From: Fistulifera solaris
Taxonomy: Eukaryota
Length of the DNA stretch: 64,000 bases
Assembly: GCA_030295235.1 (NCBI GenBank)
Contig: AP026129.1
Location: 124,001 to 188,000 of the forward strand
Direction: 5' to 3'
Shown here: piece after piece, positions 23,600-36,487 of the stretch
Position numbering within the stretch: position 1 is the stretch's first letter
Layout of the letters: each line of letters begins with the position of its first letter
Translations under genes and position numbers: made by a program
The notes under the pieces: model-generated
What the model was told of the DNA's origin: nothing
The model's database searches: none
Seen by the model: only the letters and a program-made list of their open reading frames with translations

Positions 23600-24591
23600 A
23601 TGAGAGCTCTGGAAGACATACCCTCTCATACACCAGTTCTTACTCGAAAGCAGTGGCTGCAGAATGCATTCAAGCCGACCGAGAAGTTCAGAGCTCCGGC
23701 CCCTGGCCATGATCTTGTACACAGTCGGTTGTCGTGGCTAGAGGAACAGAAACGAAATTCTCGTTTGACGATGAGTCCGAACAACAAAGACGCCGCCAAC
23801 ATTCCGGAGCACTTGGTGGAGGATCGAAAGAAATGGTTGGACCAAGAATTACGTCAGATGCTCAAAAGACCGAGGGGAACCGTCGACACTCATTTCCCAC
23901 ACGAAGATTTGCTAGCATGGGAAATTTGAGAAGTATTGATGCAAGAAGCAACTCGGACTTTCGTGTGGCTCAGAGTTACAGCTACGACATGTTCGACAAG
24001 AATCAATGTGATTACATGGTCGAAATGAATTACGCTATACCTTGCTCGACAACTTCGACCGACACAGACATGACAAGCAGCAACTACTCCAGCAGCTTGC
24101 AGGAATACAAAGACTTTATGCAAGAAGGTAATAACCTTTCAATGGAGGCGGCCGTGCCGCTATACTACGATGACGATGTCTCGAACGATCTACAACGATA
24201 CATCACGAACGTAAGCGAAGATCTGGACTACAAGATTATCAACATCGGCCGCTTAGAGGATCAAAAGTCAAGCGTGACTAATCACGTCACGGTCCGAAAG
24301 CAAGTTCCGTTGCGAGGTGCACTTAACGATGTGGTGTCTCCTTCATCATCTTTAGCAGACTACGCCCGTCACAGTGCACACACGTTTACTCAGACGAAGT
24401 TCGGAGTGGAGCTTCAGGATGAAGAGCTTGTTCGACATTCTTCGCATGATTATCCGTTACGTACGCCACCAAGAAAGACCCAGCGACCCGTTGACAAAGC
24501 TTCAAGGACTAGAGACCAAAAAGCTGTTCTTAAGACGAAAGTAGTAATACAAAATCCAGCTGAAGCAAGATGTACATGCGCCATCATGTAA
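23600..24591 (+). CDS. Hypothetical protein ending in a CaaX motif (CAIM); two overlapping ORFs probably joined by a frameshift near 23900
   Basis: ORFs 23600-23929 and 23734-24591 overlap; no recognisable domain; ends RCTCAIM*. Confidence 0.5.
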
Positions 24592-25443
24592 ATGCGTGTC
24601 CCAAGAATGAACAGGACAATGGACGCAGAACGGGCATAAGACGTTGATTTTCTAAGAACGTCATTCAAGGCTTGATTGTAACTTCTCATTTTCTTTTATA
24701 TGTTACTTGTAAAATCATTTTAACGTACTATGGCGTATTTTAAAGCGAGAGATGGCGACAAAGGGAGGAAAACGTTGTCTAGCCAGACTTTTTCGTGCGT
24801 AGGCGTCGAGACAACACTGCAAAGGATGACATATGAGGTACGATGGTAAATGGAACAAAAAGCAGAGTTATTCTGCTTCGGAAAGAATCGCCTCCTAAAA
24901 TTACCTATAAGCGATGCGTCGAGCGTCCATCGAATCGGTGTAGAAACGTGGACGTTATAGATTCTAGCCGTCAAATACCGCTTACTCCGGGGTATTAATT
25001 TTCCGCTCAAATAGTGCACTGTAAGATTTTACTATAGTTTACACTGTAGGCTGGGGTTTTCCATGACTGGATTAAGCCCGAGACACGAGAAATGCTAATT
25101 TTGTATTCTGTCTAATACCATGTGGTCTATCGTCACTTAAATGTTCTATTGTGCACTTGAAATTGGATTGATGATGGTTGCATCACATAATGAAGTCGAA
25201 CCTCGGTCGGTCAATATCAAAGAATCCCTTGGATATCGTGCCTCCTTAAATCACTATAGTCGTAATGTGTTGATCGTTTTTCTCCAAGACTGGATTTCAG
25301 TCATGAGATACGATGGACTTTTTTCTTTTTGCGTATCGTTCCTTTTTGTCGGATGTGCGAGTTAACAGCCATCGTAACAAACAACAATATCAATCAAGGT
25401 TCCGAGCTTTTTTCGCTTTACTTTTTATCAAAGGAGAACCAGA

Positions 25444-26793
25444 ATGGCATCAAGGCGACGCGTCGTAGTCACAGGGATAGGTGCAGTGACGCCCTTGGGC
25501 TTATCGTTTGCCGAAACTTGGCAACGGCTTTTGCAACACGAAAGTGGCATCACAACATTAGAACAAGCGCTTATCGCGCAAGGAGATGTCGTTCGTGACA
25601 CGGAATGGAGTCTAGCTCGTCAATTGCCGTGTCAAGTCGCGGCTCCTGTTCTGAATTACGATAAACCTTCGTCTCGAACAACCAGTCGGTTTGTTCAGTT
25701 TGCTTTAGACGCGACACGAGAAGCAATTCGTGAAGCGAAGCTTGACAAATGGTTACCGAAACCCTCGTCAGAGGAAACCAAGTGGGATGATGAGCCCACT
25801 AATAGCACCTGCAGCGAGGACAGACGATACCGTGTAGGTGTATCGATAGGCAACGGAATGTCGTCAGTCCGAGAAGTTGTCAACGGAACAGAAACGATTC
25901 GAGATCACGGATTACGGAAGCTTTCTCCTCATTTTGTTCCCAAAGTATTAGGGAATAGTGCTGCTGGTCGTGTGTCTATCGAAATAGGGGCCAAGGGTCC
26001 CAATATTTGTGCTGCTACGGCTTGTGCAGCCGGGGCGCACGCCATTGGTGAAGCATTCCGTTGTATACGCGACAATCAAGCCGATGTTATGATAGCCGGT
26101 GGGGCCGAAGCCTGTATCGATGCTTGGTCTCTTTCTGGATTTTCTCGGTTACGAGCACTCAGCACTGCGTTTAATGATAATCCGACTATGTCGTCACGGC
26201 CGTTTGATGCCGACAGAGACGGGTTTGTCATGGGAGAAGGGGGTGCTGTTGTGGTACTGGAAGAAATGGATCATGCAGTAGAGCGATTGGGACTTTTTAG
26301 TGCGAACGGAATGATAGAGCTTGTTGGGTACGGTTTGACGGGAGACGCTTACCATGCGACTGCTCCAGATTCGCAAGGAAGAGGAGCGGAACGTGCCATG
26401 GAAATGGCCTTGAGAGAACTCGGGAATACACCTATCGACTATGTCAACGCGCATGCAACATCCACACCGAAAGGTGACGAAATCGAAGCCCTGGTATTAG
26501 ATCGATTAGTGAGTACGTATCAGCTTGATCGACCAGTCTATGTCAGCAGTACCAAAGGAGCGACCGGACATTTGCTCGGTGCAGCAGGGGCCCTCGAAGC
26601 TGCTATAACCATTCAAGGGCTACAACAGAACACTATTCCAGCAACGCTGAATTTGTTGGAGAGTGAAAGCAACTATTCTTCCTTCCACCACGCCCGCGAG
26701 GCAATCACGTCATCGTCTCTTCATGTCGCGGTCACCAATAGTTTCGGATTCGGTGGAACAAATGCTTCGCTTGCCTTCCGCAAAGTAAAGTAG
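25444..26793 (+). CDS. 3-oxoacyl-ACP synthase II (FabF/mitochondrial KAS, OXSM-like)
   Basis: RRVVVTGIG, catalytic TACAAG, SRPFD.DRDGFVMGEG, NAHATST, KGATGHLLGAAG, NSFGFGG. No plastid presequence. Confidence 0.92.
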   Translation: MASRRRVVVTGIGAVTPLGLSFAETWQRLLQHESGITTLEQALIAQGDVVRDTEWSLARQLPCQVAAPVLNYDKPSSRTTSRFVQFALDATREAIREAKLDKWLPKPSSEETKWDDEPTNSTCSEDRRYRVGVSIGNGMSSVREVVNGTETIRDHGLRKLSPHFVPKVLGNSAAGRVSIEIGAKGPNICAATACAAGAHAIGEAFRCIRDNQADVMIAGGAEACIDAWSLSGFSRLRALSTAFNDNPTMSSRPFDADRDGFVMGEGGAVVVLEEMDHAVERLGLFSANGMIELVGYGLTGDAYHATAPDSQGRGAERAMEMALRELGNTPIDYVNAHATSTPKGDEIEALVLDRLVSTYQLDRPVYVSSTKGATGHLLGAAGALEAAITIQGLQQNTIPATLNLLESESNYSSFHHAREAITSSSLHVAVTNSFGFGGTNASLAFRKVK

Positions 26794-26939
26794 ATTTCAC
26801 ATTGTTATTGTACATACGGATATAAAACTAGTTACCTGTGATCGTTGAAAACCACAGCTTCTTTCACAAGCCAAATGAAATAACTACAACTTTACAAGTA
26901 AAAAAAGAATTTCTTTGCCTCTATCGTATACTATCTTTG

Positions 26940-29088
26940 CTCAACTATGCCCCTTTTTTTGAAGTAATCAATGGCTTTCTTTCGCTTTTGTACGTTTGAG
27001 TTGCGGGGTGCAGTCACTTTTTGTTCCTAAGAATACCTTTTTCTGGTGAGCTGACACGCGACGGTGGCACAATCATATCGCGCAAGCCTTTCATGGACGC
27101 TTTCCACGAGCGAAACAAATTGGTTTTTCCAAATTTGACACGCTTGTTGTCGCTGGAGCTATCTTCAGAGAAAGCTTTGCGCTTCTTCTTCTTTAGTTGA
27201 TCGCTTATTTCCTTTTCGAAAGCTCGTTTGGCCTTGAGCTGGTCCTGAATCGAAATCGTTATTTCCTCAGACTGGCCAAGAATATCGCCGTCATGATTGT
27301 CTTGACTGTTTGTCTTTTTCGGACGCTTTCGTTTCTTCTTTTCACCTTCCACTGCACTTTTATGCTCCCCCGCTTCACTCTCCTTCATGGGTTCCCCGAC
27401 GCGCGTGGCAGGGCTTTTCGAAGCGTTTTGTTCAACAACTCGCTTATCCGAACTTTCTTTCTTTTCGGTTCTTCTAGTGATACCTTGGGTTCTTGCAGAC
27501 TTTGTATCTCTTCTACTTGCTTTTTTCTCCTTCTTCTTCTTCTTCTTTTTCTTCTTGTCGTGCTTTTCATCTGTCTTATCATCATCTTCTGCCTTTTCTG
27601 TGGTCTCTAGTTCAACCACATCTGCCTCCCCAGTATTGTCAAATTGCGGTTGAAAATCATGTTTGCTGTGAACAAGTTCGTCCTCATCATCTGCGTGAGC
27701 GTCCAAGGCAACATCTTTACCTACTTTCTTGAGCCTGCGATAGTAAAGTTTATTCAGGCCATAAACTTTTTTCTATGACAATCAAGCGTAGCCCCGTCGC
27801 TGGCCACACCAAAGATGAATTTTGCTACCGTGCCAACGTGAACCTGATCAAGAATGAGTTCTTTACCTTCATCGCTATCACTCTTGAGGTAAGTCTCGGA
27901 AAGAACGCTGTGCTCCTCCAGAAATTTTTTCATAATCTTTTCCGTAACTCGCTCATGAACAAGCGTTTCGGAAGTTTGCAACAAACCGAAATATGGCTCT
28001 AAGCAATCGAGAAACGTGGCTTCTGTGAGAGTCATGGGTGCAGTAGCATTGACCCTCGCTAGCTCTTCCATGGTAATGTCAATCAGATGGTATCGGATGC
28101 CGTTCGGCGTCTTACTAAGAACTTCCTCATAGATAGTGTCATTGAAAAGTCGTATGATTCCCAGGCTCCAATGACGCTTCGCCATATACTGAAAGCTTTC
28201 GCGCAATAGGAATCGTGTCAAGGTGTAGAACTTATCGATTCTGTACTTGTCCATATTTCCCCATTCACGACGAAGTGTGGAAAAGTACGTTCTCAGGAAC
28301 AAAGAGGCAAGATGGGCACCGCGGCAGTGACGAATTTCCGAAACATCTTCAGTGTCGCTTTCGTCATCTTGCACTTTATCACCATCCTCTGATTCCTCTT
28401 CAAAAGAAGTATTACCTTCGTTGTCTTCCTCTGACTCTTGATCATCTTCTTCTTCCTCGTCTTCGTCTCCGAGCGTGTTAGAGATTTCTTCCATAGTCAC
28501 TTCGTAGCTATCATCACTCTTTGAGGCATCCTCCTCCTCCATTTCGTCGTTATCGTGCTCTTCACAATCCTCATCACAGTCCTCACCACATCCGCTATCT
28601 GTCATATTCATGTAAGCCGTAGCGGCGTATTCGTCCTCTTCTTCGGTTCCTTCAAAGCACCAGATCAGACTCGCAATCTGCGCACTAAGCTCCTCTTGAA
28701 CCGGTGCCTTGTCTGCCATGTATAACGTGTACCACAATCCCTTCCACAATTTGAGCAAGTCCATCTCAGAAAGTCCATCTTTATCAACATCGCAGCGTGC
28801 CTTAAGATAAGCTCGTAGCTGCAAAACGGCAGCATGACGAGCTCGTTGGTCGGTCCCACCCAAAAGACGCCCCAACTTAATGGTCGAAGGATCTTGTAAA
28901 GGAAGACTTGCCATTTCTTTCGGCTTCAACAGACCCGCCGTACGCACATAAGCTTTCGCGCGTTGTTCAGGATTTCGAATATTGGGATGCTGAGGCCAGC
29001 GATTCTTGTCCGATTTTTTAAGTTTCTCGCGGCGAGCACGTTTCGTAGGAGGTTCCGCTCCGGCGGCTGCATCAGCTTCCGTCGTCAT
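26940..29088 (-). CDS. RRP1: Ribosomal RNA processing protein RRP1/Nop52; frameshifts near 27770 and probably 27020
   Basis: LLKLWKGLWYTLYMADKAPVQEEL and REWGNMDKYRIDKFY Nop52 motifs; Lys-rich C-terminal half with KRVKF and SPEKGIL. Adding one base in the A-run near 27020 gives a RKKAIDYF tail. The 3' end is approximate. Confidence 0.88.
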
Positions 29089-29553
29089 GATTATTCTTAA
29101 AGAAATAAAAGTGAATAAAATCAAGGATTGACAAATCAGAGATGAAACAAACTTCTATCTCGTTTCAAAGCAAATGAAGTTTTATGCAGAAAACAGAACG
29201 ATAGGTCGAAAAAGAATGGATGGCTTTGAGGTCAACGAGTAGTAAACTGAAGCAGTTCGACATAAAAAGCTATACTATGACGACGTATCATAATTGTATC
29301 ATACTACGGAGTACGAAATTGAAGAATGAATAAGTACCGCTGCGGCATCATAATCCTTCAAATACTACGTAATCACATCACTGGCGCCTGGCGCCGGCAA
29401 CCGTCTGACTTTTCTCCGAGAAAAGATCCGAATTTCTCCACCAACAAAATGAAACACTCGTTTTATTCATCACGGTAAAGTCCTTCGTCTTTTCTTTCGA
29501 AGAAAACGACATAAAAGCAACTCTTAACCAAAAATCGGCAGTAGAATAAAATC

Positions 29554-30462
29554 ATGAAAGAAAAGAGAAAAGAGAAAAAGAGAAAGCGGTCGGAAGCAGA
29601 AGCCAGCGACGAGAATTCGTCAATCGATGACAAAGAAAAACGTCGAGCCCGTAGAGAAGAACGCAAGCAATGGCTCGAGAAAGTGCCCAAAGTTGACGAA
29701 CACGGTATAGCATATACAAAGCTACAGCTTCGGCGAATGGCAAAGCGTATGGCTCGAGGACTGGATCCTATCGAGTCCGAAGCTGAAAAACAGGAACGAT
29801 TGAAAAATGAAGCGGAACTTCGTCGACAAGAACAGGATGAACTGGAGGGTATTATCCGCAAGCCTATTCCAGGCGACGAAGAAGACTCGGGACCTGAAGC
29901 AGTAGACAGTGACGAGGAGAGGGAAGAATCGCGTGATGCCGAACGCAACATCACCACGGCTAAACACAAAAGTATTGAACCCCAAACCGTATACAAAAAC
30001 AAACGAAAGAAAGAGGTCCCCGAAGACTACGTTTGCTCCGCGTGTCAAAATAAACACACTCCTGTTCATTGGATCTATGACTGCCCGAGCAAAAAGACTA
30101 TTCGTGGAACCAACCAGCTGTCAAAGAAACTGCACGGACTGCACAATCCTTCCACCACAAAAGTATTCGTATCAGGACTCCCATTTTCCATGACATCGAA
30201 GGAATTAAAGGACCTTTTCGATAAGGCTTGCGGCCCAGTAGCTCGTGCCAAAGCCATTACCTTTCCTGATTCGGGGAGATGCAAAGGACAAGGTATTGTT
30301 ACCTTTCAAGACGAAGAAAGTGCGCGTAAGGCATTGACTCTTATGAATGGTAAACAGCTGGATGTCAGCGGCGACTCGAAAAAGGTTGGAAAGCAATTGC
30401 AACTCAAGGTTACAAAGGTACTCAACAGGAAAGTGTCGAAGCAACAAATTGCGTCTAATTAG
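29554..30462 (+). CDS. Zinc-knuckle + RRM RNA-binding protein
   Basis: YVCSAC...HWIYDC knuckle; RRM with KVFVSGLPF (RNP2) and KGQGIVTF (RNP1); basic N-terminus. Confidence 0.85.
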   Translation: MKEKRKEKKRKRSEAEASDENSSIDDKEKRRARREERKQWLEKVPKVDEHGIAYTKLQLRRMAKRMARGLDPIESEAEKQERLKNEAELRRQEQDELEGIIRKPIPGDEEDSGPEAVDSDEEREESRDAERNITTAKHKSIEPQTVYKNKRKKEVPEDYVCSACQNKHTPVHWIYDCPSKKTIRGTNQLSKKLHGLHNPSTTKVFVSGLPFSMTSKELKDLFDKACGPVARAKAITFPDSGRCKGQGIVTFQDEESARKALTLMNGKQLDVSGDSKKVGKQLQLKVTKVLNRKVSKQQIASN

Positions 30463-30804
30463 GTATTGGGCTGTAAAGCTAGAAACGAAGTTGTATTGTG
30501 TATTGTGCAATAACTTACTTCTTTGTGAATGGAGTCGTTTAGACTAGCAAGCACTCCAAGATCGTTATTCACAAATGCTCTTTCTCAATTTACCTTGGCT
30601 TTTAAGCTAGCTAGGGGAACTCAACGGCAAGTCAGTCATTTGAGACGTTGACGATACCAGGTAGGAGATAGCCACAGGTGTTTGAAGTCGCTTTCAACTC
30701 CGTATACACTAACAAGTAAAAGGAAGATAATTGATATGATCTCTTATAAACTGCTTAATCAACTAGGACCTTTTGACATGGCACGTACTGATCCGCAACG
30801 GGTC

Positions 30805-31308
30805 CTAGAGCAATTTGACGCAAATGAATGATTCTCTGCAGAAGTAATCAGTCTTTTGAACGCAGTCAGTTCGGAATGTCTTGCCGACCCAAATGCACAC
30901 TTCATCGGCACCACCACCACAGTCCGAAGAGGACTTGCATTCTCCATTGCACTGACCAGTGTTACCACCGGTGCAGTAAGGGTTTCCTTCAATGCTGACG
31001 GCACATTCTCCCTGGACACCGCTCGATCCTGTGCATAAGGTCAAAGAGTCGAAGCCATCCTCGCATTGCCACTCACTGTTGGCACAGTTGCAACCATCCC
31101 TCTCAGGTCCGCTGCAGTTGGGGCGTCGGCGGATCTCATCGCAAAGTCCCAAAGGCAATTTGGTGTTGCCGATGGGACCAGGGAGGAACAAGTTCTCACG
31201 TTCGATGCTGCTCTCGTCGTATCCGACAACAGCCGACACGGAAGAAGCGGATGCAGCAAGCAGGACCGCAAGAAGGGACCATTTCTGGGAGAAGATTGTA
31301 GAAACCAT
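30805..31308 (-). CDS. Small secreted cysteine-rich protein
   Basis: ATG 31308; signal peptide WSLLAVLLAASASSVSA; about 15 Cys in a Gly-rich mature region. Confidence 0.7.
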   Translation of the reverse strand: MVSTIFSQKWSLLAVLLAASASSVSAVVGYDESSIERENLFLPGPIGNTKLPLGLCDEIRRRPNCSGPERDGCNCANSEWQCEDGFDSLTLCTGSSGVQGECAVSIEGNPYCTGGNTGQCNGECKSSSDCGGGADEVCIWVGKTFRTDCVQKTDYFCRESFICVKLL

Positions 31309-32526
31309 GATTGAACCAGCAACGATAAGGTCAAACAAGTGATGATTTATGACGCAATGCCGGGAAACCGAGCCTGAAGTCATGCGATGATTTTGCGGAG
31401 AGTCCAGTGAAATTTTTCAGCGATTGACATAATTGTGTACTAACATTATCTCTATTTAAATCTTGTCTCAATTGGTTGGCGCCAAATTGAGCGTTACCTA
31501 GAGTTCATGCCCTAACCGATTGCCGTTGATTTTTTGAAATCGATCCGGTGCGAGCTAAATAAATTGATATTCGTGCATTCGCAACAGTACACTCGCAGAA
31601 TTTTACCGCATTGGTTCTACTCTCTGTGTCTATGTGTGTCATGTCAAGTCATGCAAAAAATGTCTTGGGGACGGGCTATGGGCTTCAATGTAGCATGTGG
31701 ATCAGTTTCGGTCCCAACGGATCGTTTCTTTGGGATCGGCTTCTCCTTTTTCCTGGTTGTTTCAAAAGTAGCCAACGGCGACGCCGGCCAGTGACAGTGT
31801 ATCGATGAACTGTAACAGAAGATTGTTCTGCGTCGGTCAATAGGCAGGGCTTGCGCGGGAAGATGGATGGAATTTTCCGCACGCCGCTGATTGTTGACTT
31901 GGCTCGCTGAACATTGACATTGACGCCCAACGTCCGACTCATGACTGTTTCCTCACGACACACGATACGACAGTACCAGGTATCACGGCCGTGCCGGCAA
32001 ATTACGGCTTAGGGCTTACGGGCCGTCGTTTCCGGTGAGATTCTAGAGACATATAAACTTTTATTATAAATAGCCGTCAGCAGGATTTGCAGTCTACGCT
32101 TCGCCTTTGGTCCACATCTCGATTTTTTGTCCATCCTCTACAAAGTACTAGTAACCCAAATCGTGCATTTGAGTCATGAGTCAACTATTTTTGTGCACTG
32201 AGCAGATTGCTTGAGGAAGGAGGTGACTGTCCCTCTCATTTTGTCTTCAATACGATGCAATCTTATTCACAGCACCAAATACATAGAGTTCGATTCTTTT
32301 GTCGAAAATCCTGACGGGTAGCAGATAGTTCTCCTCCCAAATTTACTATAGACGCCAAGTGTGGGCTTGTATTTCAACCGAACCACGACTGTACATGCAT
32401 TTCAGTCATGAATTGTCTACGGTTGCTTTCTCGGAGTGATACTGCAAGTGATACAACATGATGATGTGAAACATTTATTTTGACATTCATTGTAAAATAA
32501 ATAAACGATGGATCTCTTTTGTTGTC

Positions 32527-33640
32527 ATGTCAACTACGTTTATCTGTGCTGGATGCAAAAGGAACCACATTGTGTAGACGGAGTTGTGATTCCGTTGCAG
32601 AGATGTTCGCGGTGTAAGAAAGCATTTTATCACGATAGAATATGCCAAGCAAAGCATTACAAACACCATCGTACGGCTTGTACGCTCGCATTGAATTCGT
32701 CGGCGAGTGGAACAGCAAAGGTTACACAAATTATTCAGATACCGCACAATCAATCCAAAGCAACCTGTGAGGACGACCGATCGTTCTATGCTATACAGCA
32801 CATTGCTGGCAAAGGGAAATCCTTGATTGCTAAATTCTCTCTCGATGCTGGCCGCTTCATACCAAGCAATCAAAGTGAAGGTATTCTTCCGTTCGTCCAC
32901 CCTGTTCTTTTCCGTCAGGTCGTAAGAGTCGTTGTGCTTGGTGTTTCGAAGAACTGTCGAGTTCTACGAGACAGATCCTATTATTTGATCACTCAGTGAC
33001 ATCTTACACCGTCTGTTCGCCAACTTGCCGAGAACAAGTTAGTGCTGTTCTCAAGGATGAAATTCAAGCGCTAAAGTTTCTGTATCCATCAACAGGGAAA
33101 GCATTGGGACCACCTATCTTGCTTCCAACAGCGCTTTTGGTGTTCCGAATGATACACAGCTTACAGAAAGGGACCGTCGACGAAGAAGTCATGGAAGCGA
33201 TGATATCACACAACATCCCTCTTTCCGAAAATGCAACAATACACCAAGAGGCGACCGTCATTACTGTGAAAAGCTTGTTGCGTGCTTCATCACTTCTTGA
33301 AGTGGAGAATGATACGATTATTCGATTCCTTGGGTACGCGAAATACAACTCATTTACAATCACTCACAACGGTGCATCAGTAGGTGTCGGCTTATTTCGC
33401 GACCCTGCCCATTTTGTGAACCATTCTTGTCGACCGAATGCAATGCAACTCTTTCAACTTCGAACCGGTAGCGCACCAATGCTTCGACTGGTTCTGACAC
33501 GTGGGGTAGAAGCTGGTGAAGAGATTTGCATTTCGTACAATTCAGAGAAAATGAACGCCCCGTCAAAAGAACGCCAAGATGACTTGTTTCAAAATTACAA
33601 CTTTCGCTGTAAATGCGAACTATGCCAAGAAGACAACTGA
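32527..33640 (+). CDS. SET and MYND domain (SMYD-like) lysine methyltransferase; frameshifts near 32560 and 32910
   Basis: Restoring one base in each homopolymer gives MSTTFICAGC..RCSRCKKAFY..CQ..H..HHR..C (MYND), GKGKSL, RCAWCF..CS..C, NSF, FVNHSCRPN, GEEICISY and post-SET YNFRCKCELC. Confidence 0.85.
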
Positions 33641-33836
33641 ATCTGTCGGTTTGTTTGCTTCATCAGGCTCCGATAGCTGAGTTCAAAGTATGTATGCATT
33701 ACTTTTTGTTCCATTTACACTCTGTCGATGGAGTTGACGAGGAGTACCTCTCTAAATTAGCTAGATCAATAACTCTAAAAGCAATCAATAAACGAAAGAT
33801 GATCAAAAATTCTGAGTGTTAATAGTTTAACTTTTA

Positions 33837-35995
33837 TCATTGAACAGTAAGCCCTCGTCGCAGCATGGGTTTTCTCTTGTTACCCACCTGCTTGGCATCC
33901 TTTGATGTCTTCGATCTAGGAGTGTTGAAAAGACGCAGTCCTCCATAAACAGGTCGAGGAGAATGTACATCTTTGCTCAGATCGCCCTGGCAGAGCCTAC
34001 CTGACGCCTTCCCACATGATAGAACCTCTCCTGTCCCAGTCACAAAAACGGAACAGTCAAATCCTGCGACAGCCTCTACAATCGGATCAGGCGCCTTGTC
34101 CTTTTGACCCGTTTTATTTTCGTCCGGATGCTTTGGAAAAGATAACTGGCACGGACTCCATTGAAACATGTTGGTCGCCTCTGTTGGCAGTCGAGAGAAG
34201 GATATTCTTCCCCACGAGTAGACATTTCCTTTCTTTGTTGTGGCATGAACGTGATGCGCTCCCACGCTGACTTTGACCAAATGTTCTCTCTCGGGATTTG
34301 AGGGAAAGGCTATTTCGGTTGGCTGAAATGCCTCCGGGTAATCCTTTCCGAGGCCGAGCATACCTTCGTCGCTGACACCGAAGGAAAAGCACCGTCCATT
34401 GGAAGTTGTCACGAACGAACATGCACGTCCGAGAGCAATTTGGGTTGGATATTCACCTGCAGCTAACATACTGGATGTCTTGGCATGTTTATTGGAAGAA
34501 CGCGACAGAGCTGCGACAAACGATGGGACGGGAACAACTCGCACTGGAGAAGGCGATGTCGATTCTACAACGTGCTTTCGTTGATCCGTCGATGCTTGCA
34601 GGATCCCCAACGCACCGTGCGTAGCATTTCCCCACGTATAGAGCTCGACATCACCAGATTCGCGGCGAACTAGCGCAGCCGAGTGCTCCGCTGACGCTTG
34701 AATAGAAAATATCCCATGTGGAGGATCGGAGTTGTCTGGAGAGGTGCTGTGTTCATGAGAAATTTGACATCGCAAGGCGACTCTTCGAGGCAGTATAACG
34801 TTTTCCATTTCGTCTTCCGAGCCCGATTTGGAAAGTTTGGGGCTCACAAGACCAATTTTCATGTAGTCATTTCTGCCGAAGCCATAAAGTTGGTGATGAA
34901 CTTCTGATTCCGTGGACCCTTCCTCTCGCCGACGCGTTGGTGTCTTGTTCGGTTGCGATTTGATTAACCGTCGGACTTCCGTGGCAACCACTACGAGTGA
35001 ATGGTTGACACCAGCCGCACACGCAATCGCTTTTCCTCCGTTTTCCACGAGTGGGGTGACAATGGTGGGCCCATAAATATGTTCGGAAGTGCTCCCTCTA
35101 CCTTTCAGTCCGATGCCTAATTGACCGTGGGTGTTCTTTCCATATGAATAAAGTAAGCCGGCATTTGAAATGAGAAGCACATGTGATCCAAGTGGATTAG
35201 CAGAAAGTTGTGTGATTTTGATTTGAGCAAAGGCGGGCGCAAACGTCGGCACACCCGGTGTGTAGATTTGATTCGGGTCAACCGCACAAGTCGTCTCGTA
35301 GTTGTAGCTCGTTATTCTTTTTGTAACTGATACACTGTCCGTGCAGTTTCTAGAAATGTCCTTGCCGCTTGCTAATGCCTGTGGCGATGTTGGCAGCATA
35401 TCATTTCCGCCCTCGGCAAAATGAGAATAATCAAACGACAGGATAGGAATAATGCTCTCGTCATGAAACGCGGATTCATCCAGACGCAAATTTCGAAAAG
35501 CGATGTTCATATTGGAGGCAGGTAACGTCCTCATGTCGACGCTTCTCTCTGGCGAGACGATCTGTTTGCTTTTTCGGACCGTACCATCTGGAAAGACCTT
35601 CTTTTCGATACAACAGGTTCGGAATAAGGAGCAACTTGCGCTGGAGCACCACCCAGTAAACCTCCTCTTGAAAGAGCTTTATTCGAATTTTCCCATGGAC
35701 TGCATAGGATTGCCGATTCACCTAAATGTGTCGTCAAATCATCACATTGTGCTTCACAACAAAGCATAGCAGGGTCGTCCTGACATTTTGATTCGGGTTC
35801 ATCGCGAAACGAAGAGCTCCGACATCGACTGATTAGAACATCGCCTGCCGAAGAAATCAGTATAGTTTCATTTTGAGACATTGCCACAATCGATGGAGTA
35901 TAACAAGAAAGATGAAGAGGAGAGGCGGAAGGATCGGAACCATTTTGCGCGTTTTCGTGACATTTTTCGAGATTGCTTTCGTCAAATTGTGTCAT
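33837..35995 (-). CDS. RCC1-repeat protein; frameshift near 35530, start uncertain
   Basis: YSYGKNTHGQLG, AAGVNHSL, YGFGRN, YTWGN..GALG, FSFG..GMLGLG, VGAHH..YSWG repeats. Confidence 0.8.
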
Positions 35996-36487
35996 TCTAG
36001 TTCAGCACAGTCCTCTTCTCTAGTTGCATTAATAAGAGCAGGAGAAGCGGGGAGGACGATGGACGATTTATGCAGCCTTCAGAAGTTACTAGTACTTCAC
36101 TCGCTTTGGTTGTTGTTGTTGGCCTCAGTTTGGTTGATACAAGTAATAGTAATCGCAGTTGGCAAGTTCGCAACCCATGATCTACATGGCCAATGGCGCG
36201 ATGCGCGAGGCGCTTCGTTTACTATTTGCTATCATGTAGAAGCCTATACCAACGGAAAAGTCTCGCACCAATGCGGCCTGGCCGGCAGGCAATGTTATAG
36301 CTTTGGATCAAGGGCTTAAGACGAGATAACGGATGTAACGGCTATCGGCCTACTAGCTCAAAATATGATGACTGGTGACTGACATCTTTGCAGTCACGAG
36401 ACGACGCTTTTTGTTTCGTTGTGCGCCGCACTTCTTGTTTTTTTTCCAGAGAGTCAAATACTCCGTACTTCGTATGGCCAAGTCACC

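Noticed and set aside
24600..25440. Possible snRNA, snoRNA or tRNA in long intergenic regions (also 8340-9100, 22800-23500, 31400-32500, 60900-61800)
   Set aside because: No recognisable T-loop, Sm-site or snRNA core sequence by eye; an Infernal/Rfam scan would be needed.
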